Assembly (NCBI GenBank): GCA_051453625.1
Contig: JBOZIK010000001.1
Coordinates: forward strand, 33,074,030-33,123,732
From: Welwitschia mirabilis
Taxonomy: Eukaryota
Length of the DNA stretch: 49,703 bases
Direction: 5' to 3'
Position numbers and translations under genes: made by a program. Each line of letters opens with the position of its first letter. The stretch's first letter is position 1. The notes below the pieces were generated by a model, which worked only from the letters and a program-made list of their open reading frames with translations, was not told the origin of the DNA and ran no database searches. Below are positions 38,961 through 49,703 of the stretch, in pieces.

Positions 38961-41900
38961 TTGAGCTATTATGTTCTTAAGAGTTAATGTAGTAGAAATA
39001 GAAGTAAAAGTAAATGCTAACATGTTTAGGGAATTTAGAAGGGAAAAAGATTTGAGAGGTAGGTTCTTTAGAAGGATTTGAAGTTTATAAAATAAATTAA
39101 TTTCAAAAATAGGCAAATTATTTTTAAAAATATAAAAATTAGAATAATCATATTCTTCTATTCTAGACTAAAATAAAACTTTCTTACCTTAATTTTTAGA
39201 TTTAAAATTCACTAACCCTTCTTTAATTTCTTCATTAACAAATTGCTTCTCCCATTGGTGCTTCTTTTGTGTTATTATTCCCTTGCATTTTTATAAAATA
39301 TTAAAATAAACTTCTTTATACGTAAGTGAAAAAAAAAAAAGAAACCTTTCAGATCATTCAAAGTGCAATAAAGAGGATATAACAATTGTGAATGTAGTAA
39401 TCACTTAGGTTACATAACTCACAAAGTGTAAACCAAGTTTGTTGAGAATGCTAGCAATATCCAACTTCAAATAAAAGGTAAAGATAATATAAGTTTGAAA
39501 AGAAAGATAAAATAAAAAAAAAAGTGCAAACTAATATAAGAAATAAAAAAATTGTATGTATACACTACATAAGTAAATAACTTAAAATCAAATTGCTTAT
39601 GTATACAATGGAAATCAACCTTCTAAACTTTCTTGAACTTCTCCCTAGAAGTAGTACTAATTTGTTAGGATGTAAATAATTTGCTTTTCTTCTTCAATCA
39701 CTAATCTTCAATAATAACCTATGATATTAGTATATAACACACACAAAACATACTAATATAGGGAGTCATCTTGAATGTCATACTCTAGAGAGAAATTCAA
39801 AAGTACATTTGAAAGATTCAATTAAAAAAAATTGAAATGTTATTATATTCTAATTGAAAAATGATAAATGAAATGAAAATACAATTATGAATTCAATGCA
39901 ATGAATAAATGCAAATATAAGATGTAATCTAAATGTAATTGCTAGATAATTTTATCAACTTATTATCAATCAAGTTGACCCTCATATATAATATTAGAAA
40001 TTACAATTAAACTTGATTTGGAGATTGGAAAGAAATAAAATAATATTTATTAATCATAGTGTTTCCACATCCATTTGTAAAATAAAAGCTTCTTAATGAA
40101 GAAGACATGTCCTAATACCAATGAATGCTTTTCCAATAATTAGGATGGATCCTTTGCCCAGAATACTCCAATATCACAAGTGATTTTAATATAACCAAGA
40201 TAAGAAAATGAAGAATTTAAGAGGGGTATTTATAGTTTTAAATTAACTACTCAAATCATCAAGGATTAGTAATGAATCAAGAGTAATTATATCACTGATT
40301 TTGTAATGTATTCTTAGTGTAATATCTTCTTTTACATGTCTTCTAAATATGATGTCCTCTTAGTGTAATGTCTTCTTCTACATGTCTTCTTGATGTAATT
40401 TCTGTTAGACTATATTTGCCAATTGATGTCAAACTAATATCTCTTCTGTAGTGAAAAATGTTATATCTTGTATGCAAATGAGATTGAGTTTTATAGGTAA
40501 AAGAATTAGACTAAAAATGCATCATAAACCTACTAATTTATNNNNNNNNNNNNNNNNNNNNNNNNNNNNNNNNNNNNNNNNNNNNNNNNNNNNNNNNNNN
40601 NNNNNNNNNNNNNNNNNNNNNNNNNNNNNNNNNNNNNNNNNTTAACCTCCAGTGGTGGTTGACAGGATCCTAAAGGAGTCGACTGCACCTAAAGTGTCGC
40701 AAGAAAAATGGACTGAAACCAAAGCGGTCGATGGGATTCTGATGGGGTCGATCAAACTTATAACTCTGAAGCCAGTATCCCTGAACTAAATGGAAAGGGA
40801 TTGATCGGATCTTCATGAGATCAACCAGACTTGAGGAACTGATAGGCACTAGTCCCAGACCGAGAGGACAGGTGTTGACTAGATTTGACGGGGATNNNNN
40901 NNNNNNNNNNNNNNNNNNNNNNNNNNNNNNNNNNNNNNNNNNNNNNNNNNNNNNNNNNNNNNNNNNNNNNNNNNNNNNNNNNNNNNNNNNNNNNNNNNNN
41001 NNNNNNNNNNNNNNNNNNNCTAAATGTTATGTATCCATTTTTTAGCCATTACCTAGCCATTTTCTAGCTATTTATAGCCGTTGGAGGCACAATTCATTTG
41101 TAATAAATCCTATTAGCCCTTCATTATAAATATTTATGCTATTGTTGACCTAGATATCTTTTGGTACTATTCTTATTCAGCATAATCATTATGAATTTGA
41201 AAGATTAGGCTGTACTTTTATTGATGTATCATTGTATTACTTTACATCTAATTTATGAGATCAATCTTTGACATNNNNNNNNNNNNNNNNNNNNNNNNNN
41301 NNNNNNNNNNNNNNNNNNNNNNNNNNNNNNNNNNNNNNNNNNNNNNNNNNNNNNNNNNNNNNNNNNNNNNNNNNNNNNNNNNNNNNNNNNNNNNNNNNNN
41401 NNNNNNNNNNNNNNNNNNNNNNNNNNNNNNNNNNNNNNNNNNNNNNNNNNNNNNNNNNNNNNNNNNNNNNNNNNNNNNNNNNNNNNNNNNNNNNNNNNNN
41501 NNNNNNNNNNNNNNNNNNNNNNNNNNNNNNNNNNNNNNNNNNNNNNNNNNNNNNNNNNNNNNNNNNNNNNNNNNNNNNNNNNNNNNNNNNNNNNNNNNNN
41601 NNNNNNNNNNNNNNNNNNNNNNNNNNNNNNNNNNNNNNNNNNNNNNNNNNNNNNNNNNNNNNNNNNNNNNNNNNNNNNNNNNNNNNNNNNNNNNNNNNNN
41701 NNNNNNNNNNNNNNNNNNNNNNNNNNNNNNNNNNNNNNNNNNNNNNNNNNNNNNNNNNNNNNNNNNNNNNNNNNNNNNNNNNNNNNNNNNNNNNNNNNNN
41801 NNNNNNNNNNNNNNNNNNNNNNNNNNNNNNNNNNNNNNNNNNNNNNNNNNNNNNNNNNNNNNNNNNNNNNNNNNNNNNNNNNNNNNNNNNNNNNNNNNNN

Positions 41901-42518
41901 NNNNNNNNNNNNNNNNNNNNNNNNNNNNNNNNNNNNNNNNNNNNNNNNNNNNNNNNNNNNNNNNNNNNNNNNNNNNNNNNNNNNNNNNNNNNNNNNNNNN
42001 NNNNNNNNNNNNNNNNNNNNNNNNNNNNNNNNNNNNNNNNNNNNNNNNNNNNNNNNNNNNNNNNNNNNNNNNNNNNNNNNNNNNNNNNNNNNNNNNNNNN
42101 NNNNNNNNNNNNNNNNNAGTAAATTTTCTAAATGTTATGTATCTATTTTCTAGCCATTACCTAGCCATTTTATAACTATTTATAGCCGTTAGAGGCAAAA
42201 TTCATTTGTAATGAACCCTATTAGCCCTCCATTATAAATAGTTATGCTATTATTGAACTAGATATCTTTTGGCACTATTCTTATTCAGCATAATCATTAT
42301 GGATCTGAAAGATTAGGATGTACTTTTATTGGTGTATCATTGTATTACTTCATATCTGATTTAGGAGATCAATCTTTAACATAATAGTTTCATTTAAAAT
42401 CACATCTAAGAAATTCAACATTATGATTTATTGGAGTAGAAATCCATTTATTATACTGCTATAGAATGTGTAATATCTAAGAGATCAAGGCATCATTACA
42501 TCACATCCATTAATGTCA

Positions 42519-42630
42519 AAGGTTAAGACTTAGCCTGTAAAAGTCCATTATAAAGGTTAAAACTTAGCTTGTAAAAGTTTGTTATTAAGGTTAAGACTTA
42601 GCCTGTAAAAGTCTACTTGTAAGGGTTAAG
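42519..42630 (+). repeat. Tandem ~34 bp repeats in R/U5 of the copia LTR
   Basis: AAGGTTAAGACTTAGCCTGTAAAAGT x3 plus a partial fourth copy. Confidence 0.9.
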
Positions 42631-42932
42631 GTGAACTTGGAAAAACCTGTAGAGTAATACAGATCCGAGATCAATCTTGGGAGAAGCTAATCATTGAAAG
42701 TAAAATAGGAAAGTTCTTGAAACACTATAAATCTGACGTGCCTCAAATTTAGTAGCTTGTGGATTTTATTCTTTGATTCTTTACTTTTAGTTTTTCATTA
42801 ACATATGCAGATTCTTGATTTAGTTATTTTTATATGCAAGCTATGATTTAGATGGAATTATTTTAGATTTATGTATAAGTTTTTAAAAGAACCTATTCAC
42901 CCCTTTCCCCTCTAGGGTTCTCGATCCTATCA

Positions 42933-42946
42933 TTTGTTATCAGAGC
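42933..42946 (+). promoter_or_regulatory. tRNA-iMet primer-binding site (duplicate copy at 43431-43444)
   Basis: TTTGTTATCAGAGC / TTTGATATCAGAGC versus TGGTATCAGAGC, directly after the LTR CA. Confidence 0.85.
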
Positions 42947-42998
42947 TCAAGTTAGTCTTTGAGATATTTTTATAGATCTAGACTTAAGAAACCTAAAA

Positions 42999-45255
42999 AT
43001 GAGTAACTCAACTGATGGATTTTTAACTGGTCATCCATCCATGTTCAATGGTTTAAACTATGCCTGTTAGAAAGATAGGATGAAAATATTTCTCAGATCG
43101 CTAGATGTCGATATAGAGGAATTCATATACAAAGGTCATACCATGCTTATGATAACACAAACTGATGCAAATGATCACACTGTATTAGTTCCCAAATATC
43201 AAGACTAATGGACTCCTACAGATAAAGAAAAAGCTACTATTAATGCACATGCTCTTAATGCTATCTTTTGTGCAGTANNNNNNNNNNNNNNNNNNNNNNN
43301 NNNNNNNNNNNNNNNNNNNNNNNNNNNNNNNNNNNNNNNNNNNNNNNNNNNNNNNNNNNNNNNNNNNNNNNNNNNNNTTTTTAAAAGAACCTATTCACCC
43401 CTTCCCCCTCTAGGGTTCTTGATCTTATCATTTGATATCAGAGCTCTGGTTAGTCTTTGAGAGATTTTTATAGATTTAGACTTAGGAAACCTAAAAATGA
43501 GTAACCCAACTGATGGATTTTCAATTGGCCATCCATTCATGTTCAATGATTCAAACTATGCCTTGTAGAAAGCTAGGATGAGAATCTTTCTCAGATCCCT
43601 AGATGTTGATATAGAGGAAGCCATATACAAAGGTCATACCATGCTTATGATAACATAAACTGATGCAAATGGTCACACTATCTTAGTTCCCAAATCTCGA
43701 GACCAATGGAATCCTATAGATTAAAAAAAAGCCACTATTGATGTACATACTCTTAATGTTATTTTTTATGTAGTATGTACAGATGAATTTAAAAGAATTG
43801 TAAACTATAACCATGTAAAGGAAGCTTAGGATATCTTATAAGTGGCACATAAATGAACATCCATTGTTAATCAAGAAAAACTATAAATGGTTATTTTTAA
43901 ATTTGAAGATATTCATATGGATAATGAAGAAATCTTATAGAAATTCTTTGCTAGACTTACAGATATTATGAACTCAATGGCAATCCTCGAAGAACACATA
44001 GAGGAAAGGAAAGTGGTAAGAAAAGTTTTAAGATCCCTGCCCAAGAGATTTGAATAAAAGATAATAGCCATAGAAGAGAGTAAAAACATCAATGTCATGG
44101 AATTGGAAGAACTTTAAGGTAATCTTTAAACCTATGANNNNNNNNNNNNNNNNNNNNNNNNNNNNNNNNNNNNNNNNNNNNNNNNNNNNNNNNNNNNNNN
44201 NNNNNNNNNNNNNNNNNNNNNNNNNNNNNNNNNNNNNGATAAGCCTCGGAGAATGCATAGAGGAAAGGAAAGTGGTAAGGAAAGTTCTGAGATCCCTACC
44301 TAAGAGATTCAAACTAAAGGTGACAGCCATAGAAAAGAGAAAAAACATCAACATCATAGCATTGGAAGAAATTCAAGGTAGTCTTCAAACCTATGAACTT
44401 AAGACTACTAAAGATAGAAGAAAAGGTATTTCTTTGAAATGTGTGTAGGAGAATCATAGATTTGATAAGTTAGATAAAGACTTAATGATGATGAGGTGGC
44501 TCTTCTAGCCAGGCACCTTAAAAAGTTTTTTTACAAGAAAAAGGAAGAAGAATTAAGTAGGAATCTAAGGAAAAGCAACCCAAACAAAGAAAATAGCAAG
44601 AAAAACGAGAGAAAATCCCGTGCTATTCATGCAAAGAATTTGGACATATGGCTAACGAGTGTTCCAACATTAGAAGAGAAAATAGAAAGTCTAGAAACAC
44701 CTCATGCATGACAACTTGGGATAATGAGAATTATAAAGATAAAGATAACTACTCGGATCATGAATCGACTAGAGATAGGAGATTATCTTTCATGTCTCTA
44801 GTTCCATCACTTAAAAATGTGCCTAGTACTTCAATTTCAGATGACTTGGATATGATTGATGAAGAGGAAGATGAGTTAGAAGATACATGCAAAGAGTTAT
44901 ATGAAGAATATGAGAAGCTCGCTAAGAGAATTAATAAGTTGAATAAAATGGTAAAGACCATTATAAAAGAAAAGGACGAAGTGGAAGAGAAGTGCAAGGC
45001 TCTCAAACCTGACAACATCATGTTAACTACTTAGGTAAATGATCTTTTATTTTTTGTAAATAAGTTTTCTGGTAGTTTAACTAAATTGGAACAGATGCTT
45101 GAAATACAAAATCCAAATAAATATAAATTAGGTATTAGTTTTAGATCATAAATATCATAAAAACAAGAAGACCAAACAAGTAAGTTTATGCCTAATCTAT
45201 TATGTAATTTTTATGGTAGATTTGATCATTCTAAACCTTTTTGCAAAGTTAGATG
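42999..45255 (+). pseudogene. gag: Copia gag (UBN2-type, two CCHC knuckles), partly duplicated across gaps
   Basis: MSNSTDGFLTGHPSMFNGLNYAC*KDRMKIFL; RKVLRSLPKRFKLKVTAIE...LEEIQGSLQTYE; CYSCKEFGHMANEC (44621); CNFYGRFDHSKPFC (45203). Confidence 0.9.
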
Positions 45256-45301
45256 TTTGATGTTTTTTTTCTAAAATGTGAACTCATTATCTTTAAGTTT
45301 A

Positions 45302-45676
45302 TTTACTTGTATTCATTGTCTTCACAAAGTAATAACCAAGGAATTGGTGGAATTTGAAGATGGTACAGTAGGTATTGCTCTAAATCTAAAAGCCCAGAAT
45401 GTGGGAGTTGTTTTAATGGGGTATGGCTTGATGATTAAAGAAGGGACTTCTGTGAAAACAAGAGGAAAAATGGCTCAAATACTAGTAAGTGATGCTTTTT
45501 TAGGCCATATTGTAAATGCTTTAGCTCAACCTATTGACAACAGGGGTCTAATTTCTGCTTTGGAATTCCGCCTGATTGAATCTCCTATTCCTAGTATAGT
45601 TTCAAGACATTCCATCTATGAACCTCTTCAAACAAGACTTATTGGTATTGATTCTATGATTCCTATAGGACGAGGC
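45302..45676 (+). pseudogene. atpA: Nuclear copy of plastid ATP synthase CF1 alpha fragment (NUPT), codons ~39-163
   Basis: [53 protein letters not shown]...EFRLIESP...[18 protein letters not shown], colinear with plastid AtpA with no indel. Confidence 0.97.
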
Positions 45677-45894
45677 ACACATTGTACCTCAAAGAAAAAA
45701 GATTTTCATACTCTTTTTGNNNNNNNNNNNNNNNNNNNNNNNNNNNNNNNNNNNNNNNNNNNNNNNNNNNNNNNNNNNNNNNNNNNNNNNNNNNNNNNNN
45801 NNNNNNNNNNNNNNNNNNNNNNNNNNNNNNNNNNNNNNNNNNNNNNNNNNNNNNNNNNNNNNNNNNNNNNNNNNNNNNNNNNNNNNNNNNNNNN

Positions 45895-45967
45895 AGAAGC
45901 TGTATGAGGTGAAAATCTCATGTACAGTTTTGTAGAGTAACAGTAAATAGAACTTGTTAACTTTTCC
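45895..45967 (+). other. rps12: Plastid group II intron domain V-VI, matching the 3' end of the rps12 trans-spliced intron (NUPT)
   Basis: AAGCTGTATGAGGTGAAAATCTCATGTACAGTTT folds as a canonical domain V with a GAAA loop. It continues TGTAGAGTAACAGTAA...TGTTAACTTTTCC, as recalled upstream of rps12 exon 2. Confidence 0.8.
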
Positions 45968-45979
45968 AATATTAATACA

Positions 45980-46051
45980 TCAGCTTCGGAGTTTGTTAAA
46001 GAAAGTGAAGAAGTTAACCAATTACAGAGAAAAATGGTACAAAGCTATGCT
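45980..46051 (+). pseudogene. Possible fragment of a divergent plastid clpP (NUPT)
   Basis: SASEFVKESEEVNQLQRKMVQSYA has the spacing of ClpP1 [21 protein letters not shown]. Short and divergent. Confidence 0.4.
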
Positions 46052-46189
46052 ATAAATATAATCTATCTTTTTCTCATAAAAAGTATTAATTTTGCTAAAA
46101 TCTTAAACTTTTTATATGCTTTTAAAAGAAGTTGATCAGTTATTTTTAATAAAGAAAATTGTACCACTTAAGTTAAATAAGACTAAGTA

Positions 46190-47437
46190 TATTAAAGCTA
46201 ATAATCTTCAAAGCTTTTTGACACAGATAGATTTTAGAGAATTACATTTAAATAGTTGGTATCTGGATAGCAGTTTCTTAATGCATATGACAAGAGATAA
46301 ATCAAGGTTTTAGAACATGAAGAGTATAAACAGAGTAGACGTCATTTTTGAAAACAAATAAATAGCAAAATATAAGGTACATGAAGCATCAAAGGAGGTA
46401 TGTCATTTAACCTTGATAATGTACTTTATATTAATGTTTNNNNNNNNNNNNNNNNNNNNNNNNNNNNNNNNNNNNNNNNNNNNNNNNNNNNNNNNNNNNN
46501 NNNNNNNNNNNNNNNNNNNNNNNNNNNNNNNNNNNNNNNNNNNNNNNNNNNNNNNNNNNNNNNNNNNNNNNNNNNNNNNNNNNNNNNNNNNNNNNNNNNN
46601 NNNNNNNNNNNNNNNNNNNNNNNNNNNNNNNNNNNNNNNNNNNNNNNNNNNNNNNNNNNNNNNNNNNNNNNNNNNNNNNNNNNNNNNNNNNNNNNNNNNN
46701 NNNNNNNNNNNNNNNNNNNNNNNNNNNNNNNNNNNNNNNNNNNNNNNNNNNNNNNNNNNNNNNNNNNNNNNNNNNNNNNNNNNNNNNNNNNNNNNNNNNN
46801 NNNNNNNNNNNNNNNNNNNNNNNNNNNNNNNNNNNNNNNNNNNNNNNNNNNNNNNNNNNNNNNNNNNNNNNNNNNNNNNNNNNNNNNNNNNNNNNNNNNN
46901 NNNNNNNNNNNNNNNNNNNNNNNNNNNNNNNNNNNNNNNNNNNNNNNNNNNNNNNNNNNNNNNNNNNNNNNNNNNNNNNNNNNNNNNNNNNNNNNNNNNN
47001 NNNNNNNNNNNNNNNNNNNNNNCTGTTAAAGCTAATAATCTTCAAAGCTTTTTGACACAGATAAATTTTAGAGGATTACATTTGAATAGTTAGTATCTAA
47101 ATAGCAGTTGCTTAATGCATATGACAGGAGATAAATCAAGGTTTTAGAATAGGAAGAGTATAAACAAAGGAGAAATTATTTTTAGAAATAACTAAACAAC
47201 AAAATAGAAGGTACATAAAGCACCAAATAAGGTATGTCATCTAACCTTAATAATGTACTTTATATTATTGTTTTGCAACATAATTTATTAAGTGTTAGTC
47301 AACTTTGTGATAAAGGGCATAGAATAATCTTTGATAAATCGAAATGTATTGTTGTAAATGAGAAAACAAATGCTTCTATTTCTTGTTCAAAATGTGTTAA
47401 TAATGCTTATATAGTAGATGTTAAATCATTCGATTAA
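46190..47437 (+). pseudogene. Copia protease / N-terminal pol remnant (duplicated across gap)
   Basis: WYLDSSFLMHMTRDKSRF (WYLDSGCSRHMTGDKSxF) and NVLYIIVLQHNLLSVSQLCDKGHRIIFDKSKC. Confidence 0.92.
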
Positions 47438-48099
47438 ATGTTTCATGAAAACCAACACTTTAGGAAAGATTTTGATAAAACTTAATGTTATTCTGTCAAT
47501 TCTGATGAAATTCTCAGTCCTCATAATTAATTTAACTATTATGGGAGNNNNNNNNNNNNNNNNNNNNNNNNNNNNNNNNNNNNNNNNNNNNNNNNNNNNN
47601 NNNNNNNNNNNNNNNNNNNNNNNNNNNNNNNNNNNNNNNNNNNNNNNNNNNNNNNNNNNNNNNNNNNNNNNNNNNNNNNNNNNNNNNNNNNNNNNNNNNN
47701 NNNNNNNNNNNNNNNNNNNNNNNNNNNNNNNNNNNNNNNNNNNNNNNNNNNNNNNNNNNNNNNNNNNNNNNNNNNNNNNNNNNNNNNNNNNNNNNNNNNN
47801 NNNNNNNNNNNNNNNNNNNNNNNNNNNNNNNNNNNNNNNNNNNNNNNNNNNNNNNNNNNNNNNNNNNNNNNNNNNNNNNNNNNNNNNNNNNNNNNNNNNN
47901 NNNNNNNNNNNNNNNNNNNNNNNNNNNNNNNNNNNNNNNNNNNNNNNNNNNNNNNNNNNNNNNNNNNNNNNNNNNNNNNNNNNNNNNNNNNNNNNNNNNN
48001 NNNNNNNNNNNNNNNNNNNNNNNNNNNNNNNNTAACAAGTTCTCTGATAAGCTTGAAAAGAAAGCTATGTGCCAGGAGTGGTAAGTGATCACATCTGAG

Positions 48100-48970
48100 C
48101 TCAAAAACTTAGGGATATCATCTAACTCTTGAGAGATCAAGATCTAGATTATTCCTTGAATGCTTTAGGTTCTAGATTACTAGAATGTTTTATTACAATT
48201 CATCTTTTAACCATGATAACAAGACTCTAGAAATCCTCATGTTGGGTAGAAGGATAAGAGTAATAGCAGACCTCATCTTTAAGATGACTGATCTTCCATG
48301 GGAAGACTATGAGGAATTTTGGCCTCTCAAAGACTCCATGGAAGATAAGCCGATAGTTACCAGGGAGCTTTGTGGTAAAGTGCATACTTGGAAACACACC
48401 TTATCTACTTCTTTGTTCACTCCCAAATATTATTTCATTCATTTGATTTTCAGTTATATTTTTCTTCACTTAACTGACCATCATGATGAGGCCTCTACTT
48501 ACAGGGCATATTTGATGTATTTGGTAAAGATTGACCATTTTATTAATGCTTCTACCATAATACTGAAAAATACGACTTCAAAATTAGAGTACTACAAAGC
48601 TAGGGCTCTACCCTACTTTGTGCTTATCACTAAAATATGTTACCATTTTTGTATTAATTTGCATCCTTATTTGGAGGCTCTTTAGCCTTTATCACCCATT
48701 GGGTGTGTGACTTTATCTTGTATACATATCTTTACCCTTTCAAAGAAATTCCCTTCTAAAACTCCAAAAGCAACATCTTCAGATGAGATTCTTTCATATC
48801 TGAAATAGATTGACTCCCGCATCAAACACATGAAAGAAGCACTCATTGTAGCTAGATATCACATTGTAGATACCTCATCTAAAAGTACTAGCTCTACTTA
48901 TACTTGTGGAAATGATGAAGATTCAGAGGAAGAATCTGAAGAGGAAGAAGAAGAGGAAGAATTAAATTAA
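48100..48970 (+). pseudogene. Sirevirus env-like / extra ORF with acidic tail
   Basis: RMFYYN...FIHLIFSYIFLHLTDHHDEASTYRAYLMYLVK...INASTIIL...ALPYFVLITKICYHF. The frame continues through two stops to NDEDSEEESEEEEEEEELN*. Located between pol and the PPTs. Confidence 0.7.
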
Positions 48971-49020
48971 ATTTCTTATGTTTTAGATTATATTTTGATA
49001 TTCTATCTTTTGCTTTTGTT

Positions 49021-49675
49021 ATCAATAAGGAGAGACATATTAGTATTTTTTTTATTAGTTAATTTTTAGATGTATGCTCTTGATGAGAACTTTTCTTTCT
49101 TAGTTGTAATTGTTAGTTGATTAAACTTGTAATGTATTTGACTATTACTGAAGATCAGTTATCTACTTTAGCATAATTTTTTTTGCATCATTTAGTATAG
49201 CTATAAAATTATATGTTCTTATGTTTGAAAATCTTATATTTATCATCTCAATTAAAAATGAACCAAAATATGTATGTCTTTCAAATTAATGAGTGTGTCT
49301 AGTCACTTTTATATTATTATTTGGTATTATTATATTTTCTCAAATTATCATAATCAAATTTATCGCATTTAAAAGCAAAAAATATTGTCTATTCAATATG
49401 CCTAAATGTATATCAAATTTTTGGCTTATCATTTTTATCATTTGGTATCAAGATAGGTGGAAAAAAATTCTTGATACTTCTAGCCATATATCTAAGTTTT
49501 ATATTTATTTATCATTGATGTCAAAGGAGGAGAGAAGATGTAGTGATTTTAAAGTTTTTAAAGTACTGTTTTGAAGTATTTAATCAAAGGAGGAGAGAAT
49601 AAGAGGAAAAAATGATTGTTTCAGAAATGTTTAACCTTTTGATTAAATTTTTATATGGCTTGATGAAAGGGGAAG
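49021..49675 (+). promoter_or_regulatory. Multiple polypurine tracts upstream of the missing 3' LTR
   Basis: TCAATAAGGAGAGA (~49022), TCAAAGGAGGAGAGAA (~49521 and ~49584), TGATGAAAGGGGAAG (~49661). Confidence 0.7.
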
Positions 49676-49703
49676 TTTTACCCTTTTAATGTATGCTTAA
49701 AAT

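Larger units (their letters stand above)
28994..40402 (-). mobile_element. Athila-like Ty3/gypsy element 'B', ancestrally autonomous, decayed
   Basis: 5' LTR 39663-40402, PBS ~39642-39661, gag-PR-RT-RH-INT order, PPT ~30223-30234 and 3' LTR ~28994-30222. The two LTRs align (39850-40400 vs 29003-29600). Confidence 0.9.
40403..49703 (+). mobile_element. Sirevirus (SIRE/Maximus)-like Ty1/copia retrotransposon, decayed; 3' LTR outside window
   Basis: LTR probably starts TGTTAG at 40403 and ends CTATTCACCCC..CCCCTCTAG...CTATCA at 42932. It is followed by an iMet PBS, a long gag with two zinc knuckles, a copia protease, an env-like ORF and multiple PPTs. Confidence 0.85.

Noticed and set aside
45278-45907. 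Functional nuclear atpA gene
   Set aside because: Only about a quarter of the protein, ends before the Walker A motif, no transit peptide, and conserved residues are mutated.
628-48140. Long ORFs in the supplied track composed mostly of X
   Set aside because: Artefacts of translating through N gaps.

Overview
Gene-free, very AT-rich and CpG-depleted plant nuclear heterochromatin from a gappy draft scaffold with many N runs, often flanked by duplicated sequence. It is a nest of decayed transposons: an Athila-type Ty3/gypsy gag-protease element (+, ~1043-7689) and a solo LTR of the same family (9415-10628), a decayed L1 LINE (+, ~14230-18800), a second Athila-type element with gag-PR-RT-RH-INT (-, ~28994-40402) cut by a CACTA end and by a Sirevirus-type Ty1/copia (+, 40403 to window end), plus further related LTRs. 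No intact host gene is visible. The most notable observation is a mosaic of plastid DNA between gag and protease of the Sirevirus-like element: atpA codons ~39-163, the 3' end of the rps12 trans-spliced group II intron, and a possible divergent clpP piece. The atpA residues look non-angiosperm, suggesting (inference) a gymnosperm host, possibly a gnetophyte. All homology calls are from motif recall, not database searches.
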